Shown here: positions 55,096 to 64,000 of the stretch, one piece after another
Layout of the letters: each line of letters begins with the position of its first letter
How positions within the stretch are numbered: the stretch's first letter is position 1
Source of the DNA: Octopus vulgaris
Lineage: Eukaryota
Reading direction: 5' to 3'
NCBI GenBank assembly: GCA_951406725.2
Contig: OX597823.1
Coordinates: 52,638,001 to 52,702,000 of the forward strand
DNA: 64,000 nt
The notes under the pieces: model-generated
What the model saw: only the letters and a program-made list of their open reading frames with translations
Told to the model about the DNA's origin: nothing
Databases searched by the model: none
Translations under genes and position numbers: made by a program

Positions 55096-55518
55096 TTTAA
55101 AGAAAAATTGCTTTGGACAGAATTTGTTGGATATGCAATGTTTTCTTCAATGTAAGACAAAGCATAAGTGAGTTTAAACATGGAGCTAACAACATCTTTT
55201 GATATATCAAGAAATGCCTATGTGATGCAATGAATGAATAGGACTGGGTGAAGAAACATTATGAAGGCTGTCATTAGAAAATACCTCCATATGACAAAAG
55301 AAGATAGTGAGAGACATTGAATGAAGTGCTTTGAGTAATGAAGGGCTGAGAAATATAAAGTCTCAGTATTTTTATGGTTTTCTTGCAAGATGGTGAATGA
55401 TCGATCATACCAAGTCCCAATATGGGTCTATGAAAAACCTATCCAATCCACACCAGCATTGAAATAAATCTAATTAAAAAGATCAGTTGAAGATGATGAT
55501 GATGATGGTGATGAGGAA

Positions 55519-55555
<37 letters not shown>

Positions 55556-57667
55556 ATCAGCCATATCACAACCAACAATCTGCCACCACTACCACCACCA
55601 CGACGTCTACTGTCATCAGCATCATCATCACCATTTCACCTTTAGCATCATCACACTAGTGATATCCATGCCAACTAACAATAATATCACGATCAGCATC
55701 ATCATCTTTATCATCACTATAATCGCCATTCTCAGTTACCAAAGCAGTAGTCACTAATTCAATGAAATTCCTGATGATAATGATATTGACAATAACAATA
55801 ATAAGGATAATGAAAATCATGATCATCATCATCATCATCATAGCTATAACTATCATCACTAGGACCACTACTAATAATATCACTATTATCACTGCTGCTG
55901 TTATTCACTTTCATTCTCTCTGATCATAAATGCTTTTACATGTCATGTCATCAGTCATAAGTAATCAGAGCAACCAAAGTAATGAAGGCTCACAAAATTA
56001 CCATTTCCAGAGAATTTTTCCTTCAACTGAATTCATAGAGAAAGAAAGCATCGATAAAAAGAAAGCATAAAATATCTCAACTAATACTCTGCAAGTCAGC
56101 CATGAAAAACAATGGCAACATTGTTTGCGAAAACACACTTCTAGAATGCCGCATCATATCTTAGCAAGACAAAAGGCACAAGAGAATGAGTAGGATTTTT
56201 ATAGCTCTTTTTCTGTTAGCAGTGACCAATGAAAAGCTGAGGGTTAAAGTCATTTGCTGTGGCCTTTGTACACCCGACTGACCGACTGTAAAGCTATGTG
56301 ACAGATATGAATCATTTATTGCTAAATAAAAGCGGATTAAGAAATGCTTACAATAGAATCACTGAAGCTGATTTGCCTCTCAAAGGAAATGTCGGGAGTG
56401 AAGCTGATCCCACACATGGCCAAACACTGGATTACATTGTATATCCCTCACGGATCAACAAACAGTTAGCCATCAGTTTTCCGATCAGATCTCCTATTCC
56501 CATGGATGCTGGATTATTATCAAACTTTCTGATCTCCGATAATCAAGAAGGCCGCACTTGAATGGAAAAGAATATTTGGTTATAATTTGTCACTATTGTC
56601 CAGTTATTAAGGTGTTTCACCTGTTATGTTTCTCGGGGGTCTACTTTAAATGATATTTGATTCTTGCTAACAACTACTTCTTCTTCAACCAGTCTTTCTT
56701 CCTCTGTTTAAGACAATCAAATTCCAAACAGTTATTGGAAGACATACACATGACCCCTATTCATAGTCCAGTCAAGTGCATGCTATTTATTAATGATTGT
56801 GCTAAATAGTAACTATATTCGTCCCATTGGCAATCAACATTTCACTTTGAATATTACCCTTTATTATGCAAACACTTGATCTGGCATTCAAATGCTTTAG
56901 AAATACTGTTACAAATCATAATTAGATGATCAAAGTAAAACAATGGAAGATTTGTTTTTGTAGTTAGATAATGCATCTCCACCAAATGCGGCTAATTTGT
57001 TAGACGAGCTCACATATATACAATGTTTCGTAGCTAAAATAGGTAACTGAATATTAACATGCATTACATAATTTTTATAATTAAACACATTTAGAGACAT
57101 GTACAGCTTAATTTCCAATGTCTACCTTAAGGGATAATATACATACATACTTGAGTTGCTAGTACAATGAATTAATGATCTTTGCCCTTTGACAAACCTC
57201 CATCCTCATCTCATAACGGTAATTTGCTAAACACTTCTAGATGTACATGTACACCTACTTTCACTTCAAAAATAAAGGTCACCTAAGAGTACAGTAAAAA
57301 AAGCTGGAGATGCAAAAAGGAAGTAGCCAAAGAGAGAAAAGCCTGTGGGAGATGTGAAGAGAAAGTCTTTGATTGTTGTTGTTGTTATTGGCAGAATCTT
57401 TAGAATCTCAGAATAAACGTTCTGCAGCATTTGTTCTGGCTCTCAACAAATTTAGTTTGAATCCTGCTGGGGTCACCTTTACTTTTCATCCCTCCGGGTT
57501 CCACAAAATAAAGTGCCAGGTAAGTAGAGGGGTTGGTGCAATTGTCTAACCCCCTCCCTCTAAAATTACTGGCATTGTTTCAAAATTTGAGACCATTATT
57601 TGTCTTTTTTTATCATTTGTGTTGGATATATTGGAGCAAATTTTGTTTGACAGTAACTACTAGAATC

Positions 57668-57707
<40 letters not shown>

Positions 57708-58410
57708 TTATTCATTTAAACCTTTAGAATTTAAACCAGCTATATCCAGCCAAAAGATTCTACCTGTTTTATGTTCAAACTGGCTAGATTCAGCCACTCA
57801 CACCAACCTTACAATGTCATTCTAAAACTGAAATCCCAAAGCTACAAGATCATATATGATTAATTCAAAACAATGTGAATAAATAAGCATTATATTCAAC
57901 AGAATAATCTGAATGCTAAAGGGTTAATGTTTGGCTTTCACTCAGTTGTATGAATGAGGACATAGTGTAACTTCAACTTCGATTAGTTAATAGATTCTAA
58001 ACCATGCATTGAATACTTTTCCCTTGATTAAATTCTGTTGAAAATTTGCTTACTGTAATATGTTATCATTAAAACTTTAAATAAAGATTTCTTACTTCAG
58101 TGGGTGAAGAAGTGGACTGCCAAATTGTGCCCAATATCGTCTGATATTTTTTTTCATTTGTAATTATGATATCATTAACACCCACTATCAAATCCAGCAA
58201 AGAAATAGCACGAAAAACTTTTCATACCACTACAGATCATTTGCAGAAAAGAACAATAACAACATCAACAATATTAACAGTGGTACTGACAGCAGGAAGG
58301 ACAATGTTTCTAACCACTGAAGCAAAAAAAAAACACCAGCAGCAACAACGAAAGCAACAGCAGCTACAACAATAACAACAGCAACAGCAACAATAAGAGC
58401 AGCAGCAACA

Positions 58411-58786
58411 GGAGGCGCAATGGCCCAGTGGTTAGGGCAGCGGACTCACGGTCGGAGGATCGTGGTTTCGATTCCCAGACCGGGCGTTGTGTGTGTTTAT
58501 TGAGCGAAAACACCTAAAGCTCCACGAGGCTGCAGCAGGGGGGGGGGGCGACCCCTGTTGTACTCTTTCGCTCCAACTTTCTCTCTCTCTTTATTCCTGT
58601 TTCTTGTCCCCGACTTCCTACGCAACTGCTGAGTCTGGATGCGCATTCATCCATCAGTTGATGCTCTCGGTGTCGGGGATTGACCTGCTTTCTCTTCTGC
58701 GGGTCTTACGAATAGCAAAGGACCATGTTTCGGACTTTTCCCACTACTGGGATGAAGACCGCTTCACTCAACAAACAAACAAACAA
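58411..58786 (+). mobile_element. Young tRNA-derived SINE (family D) with (CAAA)n tail and a 13-bp TSD
   Basis: TGGCCCAGTGGTTAGG A box and GGTTTCGATTCC B box. AGCAGCAGCAACA at 58398-58410 and 58787-58799. CpG-rich. Confidence 0.9.
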
Positions 58787-60297
58787 AGCAGCAGCAACAA
58801 CAGCCGTTCAAGAATTTGGACTTGGAGATCTCCATTTCCAGCGACTTCGAGGGCCACCTCCCAGTGGTGTCAAGCATCAATGAAGAGCCCTCGACTACAA
58901 CAAGACGGACAGTGTTTTTTTTTTCCAAGGTCTGGGGTCTCCCACCCCTAAGCCCTAGACCATCACCTAATTGCCCTTACCTGTCTTAACAACAACAACA
59001 ACATCAAGACTAATGACAACACTGAGGGTGACTTCATGAGCAGGCACCCTTTTGCTGGTATCACGGTGGAGTCAGCTCAATATTTCAGACCTAGGTTTGA
59101 ACAACAAGATTTCTTCAGACATCTGGAAGTTTTTCTTGGAATTTCCTGCTCTTTAATGAAAGTAGGTGATAAGAACACCACACTGGATATACTTCTGGAT
59201 TGTTTGGAGAGATGGCTGATTGTGAAGGAATATATAAAATCCTCATAAACCTGCTCAATCATTGCCAGCAGGCTGACAGGCACTGACTGGATTTCCTGCA
59301 TGCACAAATTTGGACATGGACAAATGGGATTGAGTCATCAAGGTCTTATTTAAGCAGAGTACTCTGTAAGCCAGCAGATAGAGATAGCATAGGTTGCCTG
59401 CAAATCAAAGTGGTCAGCTACACTCACCACAAATTTATGCAATTAGTATGAGCAACCTAGATAGGCTGTATTCATAAGTGCAGGAGTAAAATTTGCTTTG
59501 GTGGTGCAAACTCAGGTCCAAAATATTTTACAAACAAGATTAATTTTTTCAGCTTTATTATCAAAACATAGGTATAATAATAATAATAAGATTTTTAGGA
59601 GTATGTTCAAAGCATTTTCATTGTCCCCATCTAAAATTTTAAGGTGAGCACTTGCACCCTTGCACCTGCTGCTCCAAAGCCTATGACTGCATAGATTATC
59701 TACAGTGGTAGTCTCAACCTGTCAATGAGGAGACAATTAGGAAATACTTCACATCTGATGTACTAGGAAGGAGGTTGTCACTAGAATGCTTCTTCAATGG
59801 AAACATGAAAATTACATTGTCAGAGTTAAAGGCATCTACTCTAAGACAAGAAGCAAAAAAACCCATTTCAATGGCTTCGGTGGAAGAAGTATGATGTAAC
59901 AATGAAAGCGGAATTTGACTTTTGATGAATTTGAATGGACAAATGCTACTCATTTCTAAGAAATGTGTTCAGCTTTCAAGCTGCAAAACAATCTGGGGTG
60001 AGTAGTAAGTAGACTGAAGACACTAGCAGAGTTTAGTACCTATATCAATGGCTTGCCATTGCACTCAGTAGAAGACATAGAGTATGGTGAAATGGTAATA
60101 TCAATAGCTGCAATATAGATGGCAGTGAGCTGGTATAAGAGAGGTAATATTGCTAGTTCTTGGAGGTGTCATGCCTTTTATAAAAATATAAGTAGGCTGT
60201 GGTTCTAAACTGGAAACCTGTGCAAAATGGTTCTAATCTGGCTGAAGCCTCAATACAAGGGTATGGTTTTATATACAAAATACTCCTATCATTAAAA

Positions 60298-60505
60298 TTG
60301 GTTTCAAATTTTGGCACAAGGCTAGCAATTTTGAGGGAGGGGATAAGTCGATTACATTGACCCCTAAGTTCAACTGGTATTCATTATATCAACCTTGAAA
60401 GGTTGAAATTCCTTTGCAGAATTTGAACTCAGAAATATTAAGGTGGACAAAATGCCACTAAGGTTTTTGCCTGGTGTGCTAACGATTCTGCCAGCTTGCA
60501 GCCTT
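60298..60505 (-). mobile_element. SINE family B, degenerate
   Basis: Reverse complement of the family B core. Confidence 0.7.
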
Positions 60506-61183
60506 ACTCTTGTCACTAATAATATAACACACATCTTCATTATTGGAGTTTAATTTTACAATCTGTGAGATAGTAATTAATATTTCTTGAATTTTCACCT
60601 GTTCTCCTTTGGTTACAGCTGCATTATGTTTTAAATTTTGGCAATACCAGAGTTTGTGTGTCATATTCTTTTCCATATCACCTGCTGTTAAAGGTGAGGT
60701 GGATATATATATTATTTTAAATACACAATTCTGTTAGAAACTTGTTTCCATGTCTAGGGAGAGGATATATAGTATATGCATATTTATTTTAATGTATGTA
60801 CATTGATTTACCTTCCACCTGTCATCTTGTTTAAGGTATATATATGTTTATACATGTGTGTGTGTGTGTGTGTGTGTGTGCATGTGTGTGCGTGAGTATG
60901 TGTGTTTGTTTATGTGTCTGTGTATATGAACTACATATGAGAAGAAACTGTTCACAATATCTAAAATAGTTTATATATATTTTGCTACGTAAAATGAGGC
61001 CATTGTTACTTTAAAATTACCATAAACTTGTATAAACATGGCATATATAAATTATTTGATAATCAGAAGAAGGGAACTTCAACAGACATTAGTTTGGAAT
61101 AATCCTTGATCCACTTTCAAAGTTCGTGTTTAAAATTTTGGGTAAGTGTTTATAGAAGTGACTTGAATATCTCTTTCAATTGT

Positions 61184-61604
61184 ACCTATTTCTTTACTAC
61201 CCACAAGGGGCTACACACAGAGAGGACAAACAAGGACAGACAAACGGATTAAGTCGATTGTATCAACCCCAGTATATAACTGGTACTTATTTAATTGACC
61301 CTGAAAGGATGAAAGGCAAAGTCGACCTAGGTGGAATTTAAACTCAGAATGTAGCGGCAGACAAAATACCTATTTCTTTACTACCCACAGGGGGCTAAAC
61401 ACAGAAGGGACAAACAAGGACAGACAAATGGATTAAGTCGATTGTATCAACTACAGTGTGTAACTGGTACTTAATTTATCGACCCTGAAAGGATGAAAGG
61501 CAAAGTCGACCTTGGCGGAATTTGAACTCAGAACGTAACGACAGATGAAATACCGCTAAACATTTCACCTGGCACGCTAACGTTTCTGCCAGCTCGCCAC
61601 CTTA
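61184..61604 (-). mobile_element. SINE family B dimer with a 17-bp target-site duplication
   Basis: Two tandem cores, each with the TACCTATTTCTTTACTACCCAC tail. TATCTCTTTCAATTGTACC is present on both flanks (~61168 and ~61603). Confidence 0.85.
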
Positions 61605-62432
61605 TCTCTTTCAATTGTACCTTGAGAATGAAGTTATATATTCAATAATACACAACTGTTTGCTGAACAGAAACAAATAAACACTTTCTCCAAATGAATT
61701 GGAAATAAGAAATAGTGATTAGCAACAAAAATGCAGCAAGCTGTAGCTATGACCAAATATCAGTTCCAAGACCCAAAGTAGAGTTACACCAAAAGAAGGA
61801 TTTTGCTACATGTAAGGCAAGGGAAAATCCATCACTTTGTACATGAGAATCAAGTTCTGCGTTTGGATATGAAGCAACCCTGAATTCACTAAATTTTTTT
61901 CCAAACATGCCTTAAAGAAATTTTAGTCATATGAATCCCCCCTAGTACTTATTTCTTTCTAAGGCTGGTACTTATTCTATTGGTCTCTTTTACAAAACTG
62001 TTAAGTTATGAGGACATAAGCACAACAACAATGGCTGACAAGATACAAAAGCACGCACACACACACATACACACACACACACACACATGCAAACACACAC
62101 ACGCAAACACATACATATATCCACTCACAAGACTTTGGTCAGCCTGTAACTATAGTAAAAGATACTTGCTGAAGGTGCCAGGCAGTGGAACTGAACCAAG
62201 AACCATGTGGTTGGGAAATAAGATTCTTACCATACAGCCTCTGTGAAATTTACTATTCCCATTCACGTACTGGACATCCTACTTCAGAATCAGTTGTTGC
62301 TTTTCTATTTGGTGAAACCCAACTTTCAAGATTGGTGACAAATTAATTCATTACATAACAGAAGAATATGAAATATTGAAGGGCACTGATACGTAGTTGT
62401 TTGACCTGCAAGGAATGGCACCTAAATCATAA

Positions 62433-62750
62433 AAGCATGTGGCTTAGTGGTTAGGTTGTTTGACTCATAATCATAAGGTCATGAGTTCAATTCCTGGTGG
62501 TGCATTCTGTTTTCTGTGCAAGAGACATTATGTCATGTTGCTCCAGTTCACTCAGCTGACAAAAATGAGTGGTACCTGTATTTAATAGAGCCAACCTTAT
62601 GACATTCTCTGTCATACTGAATCTCCTTAAGAACTATGTTAAAGGTCCATGTGTCTGTAGAGTGCTCAGCTACTTACACATTAAATTTCATATGCAGGTT
62701 GATCTACTGATTAGATCAACTGGAACCCTCATCATAACTAACAGAATGCC
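62433..62750 (+). mobile_element. SINE family C
   Basis: GTGGCTTAGTGGTTAGG A box, GAGTTCAATTCC B box and CATGTTGCTCCAGTTCACTCAGCTG body. Confidence 0.7.
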
Positions 62751-63435
62751 TATCAAACACCCAAATCTCCCATCAACTATACACAAAAAATGGAAATCTT
62801 ATACATAAGTTCCAATTTCTGTTTGTTGCCATCTTGATGCCTACACCTGAGAATGAATCTTGACCAAACTTTGCATACATGTTAAACTAACATCCAGTTC
62901 AATTATAGGCTAACTGAAATTCAATAAAAATCTATAATGGGCCCTCTAGAAGAGTTGAGATATTATTTGATAAAATGAGAAGGGTGCAAGAGTGTTAGTA
63001 TGAGGGAAATGTGGTGGCATACTGAGTGTGGTTGATATCAGGGAAGGGGAGAACAGCATTATATAAGTGTCAAATATGGAGTGGCAGTAGGATGGTAATG
63101 TTAATTCACCTGTCATTCAGGGATATACATGCAACACTGCATACATGCTTTCGTAAATACATAGATACATGCATACACACACACACACACAAACACACAC
63201 GCATATACACATAAGTAAATTTTAAACTGCCAAGGCTGGGAAATAAAGGTGGGTGTGAGGAATACGTAGCTTTAAAGTGAGAGGGGCTAGGTGGATTTTC
63301 TGCTGTCCATCGCAAAGAAACTCCCCCCACACACACACATGCACATACATAGATATACATACATACGTACATGTATACATACATACATGCATACATACAT
63401 ATATACATACATACATACATACATACATACATACA

Positions 63436-63466
<31 letters not shown>

Positions 63467-64000
63467 GTCTACTATACACCATTTTAAACTCATGATTACC
63501 TGTGTGTACATTTGTAAGTGTATGTGTGTAAATGTGTGATATCTTATAACTGTCTGTCTCTTTACTTTTGCCGTCACATATTGTGAAATCTTAAAATTAC
63601 ATCAAAATTTTCAAATTTGGCATATTGAAATAATTTTCCACATTAAATGGGATTTTGTTATTTATTTGTTTCAGAAACATTGCAAAAAAATGTTATCGAG
63701 TTTTAAAGTTTAATCAATTTTACCTAATCAGAAAACAAGATTTGGAAGCTAGCATTTTCTGCATGATAGCTGTCTATCATAAAATGAAAGCAAAGCATTG
63801 CAACAACCAAAGCTGTAAGAACTTCTGTAGTTTTAATAAGTTCTAATGAATAAAGCCATGTGAAATGATTGAACAGACAGGTAAATAATTTAAAAAGGAA
63901 AAAATCCTCAATGATGTTTTTTTGCAAAAAATTGCACAAATCTGTCCTGACCAAGAGGCCTATTTGTTGGGGAAGGCATGGTCTGACATGGAATAAATAA

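Noticed and set aside
58411-58485. Possible tRNA gene (also 62433 and 1725-1796)
   Set aside because: No closed acceptor stem, and the sequence continues into a SINE body with tail and TSD.

Overview
AT-rich, repeat-saturated eukaryotic DNA. The SINE families, the RTE tails ending in (GAT)n and the dense (TA)n/(CA)n/(TACA)n/(GATA)n microsatellites suggest an octopus or other coleoid cephalopod (inference from recalled repeat families, not verified). I see no intact host protein-coding gene, and nearly all ORFs in the track are microsatellite or repeat artefacts. The DNA transposon content is a full-length decayed DD37D (maT) Tc1/mariner, several internally deleted mariners, a pogo-like MITE, piggyBac-type TTAA MITEs, Merlin and hAT remnants, and a 1.44-kb foldback element with ~400-bp inverted arms. 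The retroelement content is an RTE LINE 3' end with an A/B-alternating 61-bp hairpin array, at least four tRNA-derived SINE families with swapped tails, and Penelope-like fragments in (TA)n tracts. A 5S rRNA-derived fragment is also present. Several Penelope-like fragments carry hammerhead-ribozyme-like motifs, and the best one forms one arm of a ~130-bp spacerless palindrome at 12079-12208. Family assignments come from motif recognition by eye and need database confirmation.
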